Source: Tubiluchus corallicola
Taxonomy: Eukaryota; Animalia; Priapulida
Assembly (NCBI GenBank): GCA_030141605.1
Contig: JAQGDQ010000226.1
Location: forward strand, 186,001 to 250,000
DNA length: 64,000 nt
Direction: 5' to 3'
The position numbers were made by a program, and so were the translations under genes. Under the pieces are notes generated by a model. The model made no database searches. It worked only from the letters and a program-made list of their open reading frames with translations, and was not told the origin of the DNA. The stretch's first letter is position 1; the number at the start of each line of letters is the position of its first letter. Positions 25,501 to 38,884 of the stretch are shown here, in pieces.

Positions 25501-28500
25501 AATTTTATTACTTATTTACGAAATTATTTAATCAAAATTGTAGTAGGAATGTAAGGTTGATAGTGTGCCATAAACTTTTTTGTTATTCTCACTAGATGGA
25601 GCCGGCGTACATATGTTATAATCGCAGTGATCGGTGCTTGCTTACTGGTATTTCTCACCATTGGCTTGTCAGTTAACTTGAATCGTCAGCAGTCCTTTAA
25701 GAAAGCTTACACAAATGGCCACCAATCACACGACAAGAGTCTCCTTTCGACTGGTGGACAGAGCAAGAAACAGGACGGCCGCAGCGTGGAGAAAATCTTC
25801 CAGAGTGCGGCTGTAGCCAACGATGCTGCTCACTGCAGTAAAATAGGCGCGTGAGTATTTCGCTATATGTACATTTGTGAAGTGAAAGCAGGAAAAAGTA
25901 AACGGGTCACGGTAATAATGTAAGTAAACCACTTCGAGGAGTGTGGTCGTTTTCAGTGTGAACACTTACAGAAGATATATGAGTTGTTTGTTTATTGGAC
26001 TTGTAAGCATGCATGTACATTTATGGTAGGCAGTACCGGTAAAGAAAGAAACAAAAGTTCGCAAAACAAAATCATTAATCCTACACGTAGGATATAACGG
26101 CTCAAACAAAACAAACAAACAAACAAATAAACAAAAAACAACAGTAACAAAAGTACTGGTGTAACCCGGGTAGAACTCCATAAATTGACAAGAGGTGGCA
26201 GCACTCGTATAGTTGCCAAACCTGTCACATATTTCTTTATGAGTACATTATGTCATAGTACGAAAACTATTAATATAGTACAATGTATATCGTAAACATA
26301 TTTTAACTGTGTAAGTTAAAGTTATCTGTTATCTATTTCTTTTCTCCTTTTTCTTCTTTTTTTTCAAATAAATCTTTTCTCCCATTTTGATAAGTAGACG
26401 TGAGCATCGAACGTTCGAAAGTTTTTTTTTAGTTCAAATTCGTTTCGAACCTAAAATTATACATTCGAATAATTCGGCACTTCTGCCTCACACGTTCTTT
26501 ATCATTAAAACGTTTGAAACATCATGCAATTAGCACAATATAGCTGCAATTTTTTAACAAACTAATAGCGGTTTCACTGCAGAACAAAATCAAGTAATAT
26601 GCATGATCTTTGTAAGACAACTTTTTACTTTTGGTTCGAAAATTTGTTGGAACTTTTGTTCGAAAAATCATTTAAACTCATTTCGAATTAGAAATACCGA
26701 AATTCGGTGCGATTCAAATTCGAAACTCGCAAATTCGATTCGACTCGAGTTCGCTTTCTGCTAGAGAATGCTCACCCCTATTGATAACCAAGACATATCA
26801 CATTAAAATGCATTTCATTCTACTCTTCGTTCATCTGGCATATTTTACATATTCTTTGAGGAGCAGGTATTTTTGGTTTATGATACCTGCCCCTCTCATT
26901 ATCCAGCTTACTCATTCTGAATCTATTTCGACTATTGTTTTCTACAGGGATGAGAATTTTCTGCAGATTCGCAGAATTCTGAGTTTTTGGAAGACCAGTA
27001 GTGCCATTTTTGTAAATCGCGTAAATTCGTTGAGAAAATTTTTACGGATCCAGTACATTATTTCACAAGCTGACCGCTAGTTGGCAGACCGTCACTTTGT
27101 TTACATCACGTACATCAGTGTAACTACGTGTAGATCTCTATGAATAAAAATATAGAATCAATTGTGTGGAGTTATTTGAGTCAATTGCAGACAGTTTTTA
27201 TATACTTTTAAATAGGAGCGGCCAGTACTTAGACGTTTTTCAGACAATTAGGTATCATGTATCCTTGATAGTTGGGTATTTTAAATTATGCATGAAACAA
27301 GGTAATTGATATTTTAAGTCCACTTAGAGGCTCTCTATGGTCACAAAATTGCAATTTGTTGCTGGCTCCAAGGTGTCTTTGCCCATCAACCCCATTGGGG
27401 GCCTAGGAGGCCCCAAAACCCCCGGCCTGTTTCAGAGTTTTTTGCAATTTGTCATTCTCATCCCTGTTTCTAGTTAATCAAGACATTTTCATTTTGTTTT
27501 TCTTCAGTAATATTTTGAGGAAGAATGGGTCTGTCGTGGATGCCGCCATTGCTACGCAGTTGTGCGATGGGGTTTATAATGCTTACAGTACAGGTATCGG
27601 TGGTGGCTTCTTCATGGTGGTTTATACGAGGTAGGTGTGTCTTCTAAGTGACTTAATCGGAACGTTGTTCGGAACTGATGAGTTTTTTAAGCCTTTTCAC
27701 AGTTTCGTTGTGCGCGCGTGCTGTTGGTCAAAGGTTTAATGTATTACAGCAATATGTCTTAACTACAATCGTCATGGGACATGCATAAAGCAAAGCTGTT
27801 TGCCGTGTCGGTGCGGTAACTTCAGTTGTTTTACGTGGACTTTAGTTAACTATGGATTAGTCTGGGCGTAGAGTGATTTACTAGCAGGATCTTGCTTGAG
27901 AACAAGAGAAAATGAACTAGGTAAAGTTCTGGCTAGCTGTTAAAACTGTTACTATTACAATAGCATGGGCTGCGAGGCGTTGTCTGGTACACTTACCCTT
28001 TGATCTTTTTACGATCATCATCAATCGCTGGAACTGTTACAAGGCTTATTGTTTATGAGTGTACTAAATAAAATCACGTATCCAGTGCATTAAGATATGC
28101 TTGTGAAAAATGTGTTTGATGAGACTGTGAGTGTGAGAGTGTGAGCGTGAGTGTGAGTTTCCGAGAAAAAGGCTTGTGCAGATTGGTGATAAAATATATG
28201 CAACTAGATGGCGCTTTTCTTCTCTTTCATCTTGCTAGGAATGCAGGAGTGCTAATACATTTCCCCTGATGTTTTGTAGTAGACTCATAAATAATTGAAA
28301 CCAGTAATTTTTTAAAAAAATTTTATTATATTTTCGAGTTTTTCATATCAGTTGCTACACACGCATGTTAAGAAAGTTCGATGGCTTATGTAATTCTTCC
28401 TGATGTATTTTAGTGCAACAGGAGAAATTAAAGTTATAGATGCTCGTGAGGAGGCTCCAGGAGCAGCCACTAGAGACATGTTCCATCATGATCCCGATCT

Positions 28501-31500
28501 TTCGCAAAAAGGTGAAATCATATTAATGATTATTTGGCTTTAAACCATAGCCGACTATGCGTGCGTGGTTTTTGTCGTGCTAACTACAGTCAAAACTGGT
28601 TATAATGCCCCCTTCGTAAATCCAACCTTGCGTAACGTCCAAATGTTTGGCAAAACGGAAGGTCCATATTTGTATAGACATGCATGTGTTAATTTTAGGG
28701 TTGGGCATTCTCTGCCAGAAAGCGAATTCGTATTGAATTTGTGACTTTCGAATTCGAATCTAACAGAATTTCAGTATTTTGAATCCGAATTGCGTTTGAA
28801 AGATTTTCCAACAAGTTTTCGAACCACTAGTAAAGTGGTCTTACAAAGATCATGCATATTACTTGATTTTGTTCTGCAGTAAAATCACTGTTAGTTTGTT
28901 AAAAATTTTGCACAGAAACTGCAGCGAAATTATGCTAATTGCATAAAGAACGCTTGTAGCTGAAGTGCTGAATTATTCGAATCCGTAATTTTAGGTTCGA
29001 ATCGAAAAAGTCGAACTAAAAAACTCTTTTGAATTGAACTCGAACATTCAACGCTCACCCCTACTTGTTATAATGTCAAAATTGCTTAATGCCAACTTTT
29101 TTAAGTCCCAGCTGGGCATTGTGAAGAGGTTTTACTACTATATTACATATATACATTTATAATACAATATTATATACATTTCATGGGTAATTTGAGGTCT
29201 GCGGGACTTGTAGTTTGTTTATCCACAAGCAAAAACAACTAATGATTTGTTTTATTATTGTGTATGTTGACTGTCACAAGATGACCTACTTTGAAATCAT
29301 TTTCAATTTTAACCAACCTTTTTCTAATTGTTTTTTATAATTTTAGGTGGATTAGCTGTGGCGGTACCTGGCGAGCTAAAGGGGTATGATAAAGCACACA
29401 CGCTGTACGGAAACCTGCCGTGGGCTGAATTATTTACGCCTACTATACGTTTGTGTCGCCAAGGTTACAAGGTCACTAACGCACTTGCAAAGAAGCTGCG
29501 AAAGAAAGAAGATGAAATTCGGCAGGAGCCAAGCATGGCGTAAGAAACATTTACATTGTTACGATTTTTAAAGTGAAATTATATTAATACAGAAATGGTT
29601 ACAGAAAATTAATGGTTATGATGGCTATATTACTACCATCAATTATATATAAATGTTCTATACAATTATAGTTATTACTACACATATAATGTATAATTTA
29701 ATCTCTTCTCTACCACTTAAATTTGGATACATATATGTGTATATGTATATCATTGTATATACAAGTAAGTAATATGGTGCATTGTAATACAAGTAAGTGG
29801 TGCATTGGCAGATAATCACATAATTCAATTCGTAACTATTAAAAAAAAATCACTCTTTAAGGCTCCCTCAAAGTCGTAATTACATATCATGTTTTCCTTT
29901 CTCAACTTTCAGCTTTATTGCTCTTATACCATTGCTATTATCACATCATTTACTTCATCCTTATTTACATTAAGTTATCTACAGAAGCATGCATAACTAT
30001 AATCATTTTTTCATTTAAGTAAGGTGAGTGTGTTAATGACTGTATGGTCGTACGCTCACCTCGCACTACTCAAATTATTACATCATTTACTTCATCCTTA
30101 TTTACATTAAGTTATCTACAGAAGCATGCATAATTATAATCATTTTTTCATTTAAGTAAGGTGAGTGTGTTGATGACCGTATGGTCATACACTCACCTCG
30201 CACTACTCAAATTATTTTATTTAAAGGTTATTAATGTGTTTGGTATTGTATTTTTTGATGTGTAAAATAAAATTTATACTTCATAGTTCATAGAAATAAT
30301 CACACACGTAAAAACAAATAAACGTACTCATATGTAATGTGTGTAATCATAGCAAAGGCCCCGCAAAAAATTTTGCGTATAAATACACTTATAATCAATA
30401 ATACGCGAACATCCTACATAGTCTTCATTTACAATGCAAAGCCAGTAGCAGCTTTTACTGAATTAAAGTTATAGACAGAGTATAATGGATGATGTCAGAA
30501 GAATGGCTTTGCGTCAGCAGTTTTCCAAGCGAAAATCGTGCAAAATGGAACCTCCAATCAACTCATCACAGCTCCTCAGGAAGGAAACATCCTAAAATGC
30601 AGCCAACATCATCGTGTTGCCCTGTTCTTCCTGTTTCTAAAGAGCCGTATATCTCCTTCCGAGAGTCACACCAGGCGCCGCTATAATGTTTTTTCTGCAG
30701 GCGGTTTGGTCAAAATTCAAAATTTGGTCACTATAGACATTTACGTATGTGATAATATACCATTTTATTACACAGAGAAATATACATCAATCCCAAGACG
30801 GGGGAAGTCTACAAAGAAGGTGATCTCATGAAGCGGCCAAAGTTAGCTAATACCTTAGACAGAATTGCAAGGAGCAAAACAAAGAGCAGTCTGTTTTATG
30901 AAGATGACCTTGGTAGAGATTTTGTGGAAGATGTGAAAAGTTATGGTGAGTTTTGTTAGGTATTGTAACGAATCCGGGTTCCATTTCAGGCGGCAATTTT
31001 GGATCCCACTTCTGACACCAGTGTAACGGATCCGGATTCCAGCGCGGATCCGTCTCAGGATGTATAGAGCGGCATACAAGTTATGAAATACTTTACTGCA
31101 GACGAGAAAAGTAAAAAGAATACGAATGTAAAATAAACTTTAATGCACAACCAGTAGCTCCATGACATGTGAACAGACTTTTGTATAAAAATCAGCAAAC
31201 CTACAGCATTCACCTTTACAGACAGAAAGGCCAGGTTAGAATTGTCAAATTACTGTTCTGTTTTATACAGATACATTTGCATTACTGGGCTTCTCGACCA
31301 TACCCATTACTAACATTAGGGGGTTGGTAATAATCTGCCTTCGTAACAATATTTTGAGTTCAGAAAATTGTTCATGCTCACACGATTGATTTTGTGCATC
31401 AAACAACTGAGTTTGCCACCTACATTTGACAGAAATTGGATCACCAATACACTCATGTCTCAGTTTGCCGGACAAAAGTGGTCAGACGTCGGTCTGAATT

Positions 31501-34500
31501 TGCCGATTGTTCATATTTTCCGATACTAAGCTAAATACTAGGTGCCGTGTATTAGACACACGGTAATGTAGAATCAATCGCCTAATTGTCTAAAAAACCG
31601 TCTAGTACATGGCTGCTTCTATGCGAAAGTATATAAAAACTATGGGCAATTGACTCAAATGACCCCGCATAATCGACTCTAAACAACTTACTTAATGTCA
31701 TGCAGATCAAACCACTAAACACGCTGACATACAAGCTACTTATGCGTCGTTACACGCTGCTTGGACGCAAGCAAAGTGCCGGCCCGCCAACTAGTGGTCA
31801 GCTCGCGAAACAACGGACTGTGTCCGTAGTATGCGAGACTTTCCGATATCCGTAAAAGCGAAGTCTGGCAAACCGAGACATGAATGTGTTAACCTTGGAT
31901 TTTGCCATTTCAAGTGTAGTATAGAAAATGCCCTCCTTTTACGTTCCGAGTAGCACTTCTACCATTGGTCACTGATGATTAAATTTAACAAAAAACTTTA
32001 CCTTTGCGAGGGGGGAAATGGGCGTCCCCTCTGATATCCAGGTAAGCGTTTGTTTCAAACAAAACAGACAACCTGCAAACAACAAACACAGGCAGGCGAA
32101 AACAGATGCATTAGACACATGGATAAATAAGAGCTATAAATGCTTTTATTAAAACTTGTAAAGCTACAAAATAACACCAAACTGTAAAAAATTTAACACA
32201 AAAGCGGTTTTGTTTCCGTCTGCTAAAAAAGTAGTTCACAACTCCTCCGCTTACTTGCCAAATAATTCCACATTAACAAAAAAAAGAGAAAATTGTTGTT
32301 CCCTACATTTCTCGCGAATATTTAGCTGATTCGCGAGATCTAGTTCGATGACCATAGTTGATCATTTGTCAGTCCTTTAACAATTTTATCTTAGCAATGG
32401 ATGTTCACCAAGTGCTGCGTATTGTAATAATATCACGTCAATTTTCGTCTTTCAGGTGGCATATTGACTACGGAAGACCTGCGTAATTACCAAGTAAAAG
32501 TGCGCGACCCAGTTGCCGTGGAGGTTGGAGATGATACGATATACTCTGTCCCGCCTCCTGGAAGCGGTGCTGTTGTTGGCCTAGCGTTAAACATTCTTAG
32601 AGGTAAGTGCTAATTTTCATTTGGTCTTAGTTCCTTCCATCCAGTGATGTTAGCCAACATTCTTGTGTCATATTAGTGAACAGTGTACAATGTTCCCTCG
32701 CTACTTCGCGGTTCGTTCATCGCGGACTCGCTGTTTCGCGGGTTTTCAAAAATATTAATGTAAAATTTTTATCGCGGTATTTTCGCTGTTTTGCGGGTTT
32801 TTGCGGTACTCCGTCTAAAGTACTTTTTCACATGCGTAGTACGTATTGTACAGTAATGTATAGATTTGATGAATTTTGCATAAAAAATCACAAAATGTAT
32901 AAAAATATATTAAAAATGTTAATTCTGACATTAAAAGAATATTTTAAATCATAAAAGTTACCTTTTACAGTAAATAGCGTATTTATTCGGCGGATGAATA
33001 CAAACCAAATGTAGTACTTGCGCCCGCTTGAGATGCTACTTGCCGACGTGAGATTGTCTACTTGCCTACTTCGCGGAAATTCACTTATCTTTGGTGGGCC
33101 TGGAACGGAACACCCGCGATAAGTGAGGGAACACTGTACACACACCTCTGAGTAAAGAAAAAATTGTGAGTAGGTAATTAGCATAGTTATGTGGTCAGTA
33201 AAAAAGTGTATTATTAATTTCGACACAAACACTGTGCTGTGCTTAACTTATTAGCACCACTATTGAGCTTATATGTTTTCATTGCCGTTTAGTTTGTTGG
33301 TTAGTCAGTTAGTAAGATCACGTATAAACCACTTTGCTGCTTCCTTGAAACTTGCTGAAGGAATGGGGCGATGGACAATAAGAATATTTTCAATTTCGGT
33401 AAGGGATCTATTAAGAATTGCAAAAGAAAATCAATTTTTATAGCAAATCGCTCTCCATGTGCCTTGGCGAAGGTCTGCGCTCTACTGAGTACAAAAGTAT
33501 TTATGTACTTGCTTAACGATGCTAATGCTAATGTGTTCCAACAAAATGCGTCGTGTTTTTTCCGCGGCTAACTCACTGCCAGGGTTGCCGTTTTGTATGA
33601 TGCTTATTGTATTGGAGGCCAATCATTCACAAATCAGTTTTAAACATTCACAAAACTTTAAAAAAAATTCCTTCCTCTCTTTTGAGGTCATGCGGTAAGA
33701 CAGGAACAATTTTTTTGTGGCCGGCCTTGAGTAGAACTTCATGTAACGATCTTTCCAGTAAGTGTTGCGGAAAAATGATCACGTGACACTTGCTAGTAGC
33801 GACATCCTACTAATTCCAGCTCTTAAACGAGTGTGTCGTACATTCTTCTTTCCGTCTTCCTTTGCTGCATCGGATGGACTCCCTGTGTGCGATTTTGTTC
33901 ATTTGTTGTTGTGAACTAAATTACCAATATTTTTCAGCTGTTCGTGCTCAAATAAAATTTTTCTATGGCAGGTTCCCGGTTACGATTTCTGTTCCAAAGA
34001 TAATGATTGGCCGACACTTTATACCACTATACGTTTGAATGTCCATGCACAAAAATGTTTGAATATGTATACTGGTAAGGCAATTTCTGCTTACCTTGGT
34101 CATGGAAAATCAATATTTGGTCAGGGAAAAGTCATGGAAAAGTCAGGGAAATTTATTTTAAAATTCTGTGGGAACCCCGTGAATGTCTGGAAAATGCCAC
34201 TTGACTCATACTTCCTCATTCATTTTTCTGAAGAGAAATGGTAAATCTTTCTTTAGTTAATAATAATAATTAGTATAATAATAAATAATTAACTAGAGTA
34301 TTTATGGCAACAAAGTTAGATTTGTTTGTATGACTTGTAGAAATTTGCGATCATTTTATTGTAAAACGTATACAATGTTCACCTCAATCACAAAATTGAA
34401 CAAACAGTCATAAAATTAGCAAGATGATATTTTACAGTAGAACTTTTGCATCCTTTCCCTGTTGGAAGGTACGTTACATTCATGCATACCGACCATAAAT

Positions 34501-37500
34501 GGAAAGGTCACCTATACTCTACAGACTACTAGTCAAACCAAAATCAAAGTCTACTTGGCTTCTTTGATAGCAGAATAAAGATTATTGGTTTACAGAAAGC
34601 TGTGTTATAATGTTATAAATTTTCTCTATTTAAACTTGAATAAGAGAGTTAGAACCAGAATTAAAGCATGAAATTAACAATCTAGTTACTCTGATTAATG
34701 AATATCTATAAAAGCAAAAGGAAACAATATTTAGAAACAAAATCGATCTCTGACAAACTTTGTATAATTAGAGTAAAACAATGACTGTAGATGGCAGCAT
34801 AGACTAATTCACTACTTAGTGTAGTAGACTGACAATTAAATGGGTCACATAATACTACAATCGCATACTCACTACAATAAGCGACATGAGTGCTTTTTAG
34901 TTAAAATATTATAATAGTGAGAAAACTGATTTTTTATAATGGAAACCATGAAGCTAAATTTGTGACATTTGTTTAGGTTATAACATGAATCCTGACAGCA
35001 TATCAGACGCGGAAGGCCGAGGTTTAGCATATCATCGGATCATGGAGGCATACAAGTTTGCCTATGCGGAACGTTTCCTTCTTGGCGATCCTGATTTTGT
35101 GACTAATGTCACCAAGGTAACAGACCTTGTGCTAAAATTTGTAAGAAGATTGTAAAAACTATTAAAATAAGTAGAATGAGCATTAAAGTTTTATGGTTTT
35201 ATCATCTCCAGCTAATGTAGAAAGATAAAAAGAAATGTTCTATGACGCGTTAGTCTGCCACATTCCTGGCTTTACTAGCTCAGCAGGATTTGTCAAATTA
35301 TTACCTTTTCTTTTGATGTAGAAAATATATGTGTTCCAACATTAACTGGCAGTAAGACCGCTTGGTTATAATCAGTAGCATCTCGTAATCAAAATTAGTG
35401 GGGTGCTGCTTCAGAAAAATTTTTACTCATTACAAAACAGACATGTGTAATTTTAAATGTAGTAATTTGTAATTGCAATTTTAAACAAACAAACAAACAG
35501 ACGACAATTTATGCAGAAAATTCTAAACAAAAATATCGTTTTCTTACGAATAGCGTAAATTGTCGCAGTTCAAGAACATGCCGGTACACGGCTTTTAAAC
35601 ACGTGACAACTGACAACACACACTGCAGTGAGCGACAGTACTCTTTCTACCTAAAGTACAGCGTCTTATCTCAGGCATGTGCGCCTGGCCACATGCGTAC
35701 AACAGCCAAACACCACGTTGCTTGAGTGCACTGTGCTGGGCTGTGAAGCAAACAGTACTTCCCTCACGTGCTCATGTTCCGCACAAGTATAAAAAAGAAC
35801 TAAAGAAAAATGAGTTATTATGTTGAATATAATTGATAATACTGAGTGAGAACAGGGGGTGCTGCAGTACCATAGTAATTATACAAGAAATCGAGTGATT
35901 GTCATTTAAATAGTTGTCAGCAGGAGTTATCAACAAGTAGCTTAACCATAATTGTAATTTGTAATTAGTAGTTGCAATCTTGCGGTGCAAAGGTACTTGC
36001 TATTTGAAGTCTTGCGGTGCACAAGGTACTTGCTATTCGAAATCTTGCGGTGCACAAGGTACTTGCTAGTTGAAATCTTGTGATGCACAAGGTACTTGCT
36101 AGTTGAAGTCTTGCGGTGCACAAGGTACTTGCTATTTGAAGTCTTGCGGTGCACAAGGTACTTGCTATTTGAAATCTTGCGGTGCACAAGATACTTGCTA
36201 TTCGAAATCTTGCGGTGCACAAGATACTTGCTATTCGAAATCTTGCGGTGCATAAGATACTTGCTATTCGAAATCTTGCGGTGCACAAGATACTTGCTAT
36301 TCGAAATCTTGCGGTGCACAAGATACTTGCTATTCGAAATCTTGCGGTGCATAAGATACTTGCTATTCGAAATCTTGCGGTGCACAAGATACTTGCTATT
36401 CGAAATCTTGCGGTGCACAAGATACTTGCTATTCGAAATCTTGCGGTGCACAAGATACTTGCTATTCGAAATCTTGCGGTGCACAAGATACTTGCTATTT
36501 GAAATCTTGCGGTGCACAAGGTATTTGCTATTAGAAATCTTGCGGTGCACAAGATACTTGCTATTTGAAATCTTGCGGTGCACAAGGTACTTGCTAGTTG
36601 AAATCTTGTGGTGCACAAGGTACTTGCTATTTGAAATCTTGCGGTGCACAAGGTACTTGCTATTCGAAATCTTGCGGTGCACAAGGCACTTGCTAGTTGA
36701 AATCTTGTGATGCACAAGGTACTTGCTAGTTGAAGTCTTGCGGTGCACAAGGTACTTGCTATTTGAAATTTTGCGGTGCACAAGATACTTGCTATTTGAA
36801 ATCTTGCGGTGCACAAGGTACTTGCTAGTTGAAGTCTTGCGGTGCACAAGGTACTTGCAAGTTGTAAAACTTTCTTTCCAGCAATTAGTTTAATTGTTTG
36901 TAGAAGCCGGCATTTATTTCAGCTTAAAACGATATTCTTATAAAACTTTAGAACATTTCAGCTAATCTTCATCAACTTTATAAAATTATTTCTGAAATTT
37001 AAAATATATATTCACATGAGTATATTTCTTACGAGTAGTATTCATTACAATTTGGAATAAATTAAAATCTTTAACATTATGCCATCCAAAAAAATCAAAT
37101 TTCTTCAAGATGTCGTGTAAGCCAAAAACAAATAACAGTCATTACAACATTTACAACCTAAGTTTTTTTTAGAATTTTAATAAGATTGATTTTTCTAAGA
37201 AATCAATTAGTAATTGTTATTTTTGGTCAACTCTGCATTACACAAAGTGTGTATAGATGCCACTACGAAAAAGGAACCTTAATGCATGTGCCACGAAGCT
37301 ACTGAGGCGACGCATTTTCCACTTTCGGTTTGCAGGTTGTTAAAAACATGACGTCAGAAAGATTTGCCGATGAACTACGCGAACGAATCACAGATGACAC
37401 TACTCACGATCCGGATTACTACGGTGGAATATTTGCCAGCAGTGGTAATACCGGTACAGCTCACACGTGCGTCATGAAACGTAATGGAGACGCGGTCGCT

Positions 37501-37982
37501 ATTACGAGCACCATCAATACTATGTAAGTTTTCTATTGTATTGTAAAATTCTTTGCAATAGTAAATTTACAATTTTAATTTACAAATTTACAATTGTAAA
37601 TTTATTATGATAACTATATCAGGGTAGTTGGACCTAATGAATCCATTTCTGTTATTTTCAATTCAAAAATTACAGTAGTTTTTAACTTTTTCTTTAACAG
37701 TGATTTAGTTTAGTTTCTCTCAGTAATTTCACTTTATTTAGTTTTGGAGCGATGCGTAGATCAAGGTCAACTGGTATCATACTCAACAATGAAATGGACG
37801 ACTTTTCTGCACCAAATATGACAAACTTCTTTGATCTGCCTCCAGCGCCGGCTAATTTCATCGAGCCTGGAAAAAGGCCGCAGTCTTCAATGTCGCCTTC
37901 GATCATTCTAGACGAAAATAAAAATGTGAAGATGGTTTTAGGAGCATCGGGTGGATCTTACATACCAACTGCAACTTCCTGG
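19433..37982 (+). CDS. ggt: Gamma-glutamyltranspeptidase / glutathione hydrolase (type II membrane). Exons 19433-19457, 24501-24591, 25596-25850, 27508-27630, 28414-28511, 29347-29539, 30776-30945, 32456-32602, 34977-35116, 37336-37523, 37742-37982; C-terminal exon(s) not found
   Basis: Phase-consistent splice model of 1671 nt (557 codons): TM YVIIAVIGACLLVFLTIGL; AAVANDAAHCSKIG; GSVVDAAIA; STGIGGGFFM; IDAREEAP; AVAVPGELKG; RPKLANTL; PPPGSG; YHRIMEAYKFAY..LLGDPDF; autocleavage G|TAH; TSTIN; NNEMDDFS; PGKRPQSSMSP; GASGGSYI. The first two small exons are less certain. Confidence 0.92.
24820..25250 (+). mobile_element. Dispersed repeat of about 435 bp, copy 2
   Basis: Colinear with 13541-13978. 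Confidence 0.75.
26395..26780 (+). mobile_element. hAT-like MITE
   Basis: Ends TAGACGTGAGCAT...ATGCTCACCCCTA; flanks TTGATAAG/TTGATAAC (8-bp TSD with 1 mismatch); TTCGAA-rich subterminal repeats; inverted copy at 28696-29063. Confidence 0.75.
26945..27466. mobile_element. MITE with 13-bp TIRs (hAT-like)
   Basis: CAGGGATGAGAAT ... ATTCTCATCCCTG; TTTCTA on both sides. Confidence 0.65.
28587..29137. mobile_element. pogo/Tigger-like MITE containing a nested hAT-like MITE (28696-29063)
   Basis: Outer TA-CAGTCAAAACTGGTTATAATGCCC ... GGGCATTGTGAAGAGGTTTTACTA; inner TAGGGTTGGGCAT ... ACGCTCACCCCTA is an inverted copy of 26395-26780. Confidence 0.65.
29942..30215. repeat. Direct tandem duplication of about 136 bp, each unit with a stem-loop
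   Basis: ACATCATTTACTTCATCC...AGGTGAGTGTGTT.ATGAC.GTATGGTC.TAC.CTCACCT...CAAATTATT occurs twice. Confidence 0.85.
31448..31892. mobile_element. MITE with imperfect TIRs of about 27 bp (possibly piggyBac-like)
   Basis: ACACTCATGTCTCAGTTTGCCGGAC ... GTCTGGCAAACCGAGACATGAATGTGTTAA; internal part is an inverted homolog of 27040-27255. Confidence 0.6.
32688..33136 (+). mobile_element. pogo/Tigger-like MITE, copy 1
   Basis: TA-CAATGTTCCCTCGCTACTTCGCGG ... CCGCGATAAGTGAGGGAACACTG-TA; inverted homolog at 41717-42319. Confidence 0.85.
33248..33493 (+). mobile_element. Helentron/HINE-like non-autonomous element
   Basis: Begins TTATTAGC..TATGTTTTC followed by a GTT(A/T/G) microsatellite-like stretch; ends CCTTGGCGAAGGTCTGCGCTCTACTGAGT, a terminal motif typical of such elements. 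Confidence 0.55.
35976..36862. repeat. 33-bp intronic minisatellite, about 27 copies
   Basis: Unit CTTGCGGTGCACAAG(A/G)TACTTGCTA(T/G)T(C/T)GAAAT. Confidence 0.95.
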
Positions 37983-38454
37983 GTAAGTTACAGATTGTTA
38001 ACTGTAACTTTTTATCTCTGAACTTTGACCTGATACACTGTCAACTTTTGTTTCTCAACTAAGGTTCGGTCAGCGGAAGACAGAGGCATGTTGTGTTCTT
38101 AAAATCTTCTCTTCTTCAAATTTGCTTTTTGCACTTTTTGCAAATATAGATTTACTTTTTGAGAAAAATTGTGGACTTGGCTTACATTCTGCAGGAAAAT
38201 GCTTATTGAGAAGAATTTTCGTTGTTCGTAGGGCCCAATTGCATTTGATTTTGGCAGTTTTTGACCTTGTGATTCTGACCTCTGCAAACGTAAACGAGAC
38301 TCAAGGTCTTGCCAAGCTGATGGTTATATCTTTATGACAGTTTTGATTTTGACTTGTGACCTTACCCTTTGACCTTTTGATGCAAAAAGTGTGATCAAAG
38401 CTTAAGAAGATTATATTGTACCGTTTTGCATGTCGAGTAATAAATGCATGGAAT

Positions 38455-38740
38455 TCTACCAAAACTCCAGCCATCTCTACCAAAACTCCAGCCATCTTTA
38501 CCAAAACTCCAGCCATCTCTACCAAAACTCCAGCCATCTTTACCAAAACTCAAGCCATCTTTACCAAAACTCCAGCCATCTCTACCAAAAATCCAGCCAT
38601 CTCTACCAAAACTCCAGCCATCTTTACCAAAACTCCAGCCATCTCTACCAAAACTCCAGCCATCTTTACCAAAACTCCAGCCATCTCTACCAAAACTCCA
38701 GCCATCTCTACCAAAACTCCAGCCATCTCTGCCAAAACTC
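38455..38740. repeat. 21-bp minisatellite, about 13-14 copies
   Basis: Unit ACCAAAACTCCAGCCATCT(C/T)T. Confidence 0.95.
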
Positions 38741-38884
38741 ATAATTTTTATAATTTTGCACTTTCTGTTAATTGTTATTGTCATAGGTACGTAAAGTTTA
38801 GTACTAATGTTTAAACTTATATTATTGTACTGTATGATATGCTGCACTATGTTGTCCCCTTTGTACGAGAACTAATAATAATAA

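Noticed and set aside
33580-34180. Complete hAT element (CAGGGTTGCC ... GTGGGAACCCCG)
   Set aside because: The right end looks like a hAT terminus with GGAAAAGTCA repeats, but the left TIR match is poor and no TSD is visible.
35942-36849. Several 100-300 aa ORFs on both strands
   Set aside because: Products of a 33-bp intronic minisatellite open in multiple frames.
38301-38847. ORFs in nearly all frames (TKTPAIS, YQNSSHL, FGRDGWS)
   Set aside because: 21-bp minisatellite; not the missing GGT C-terminus.
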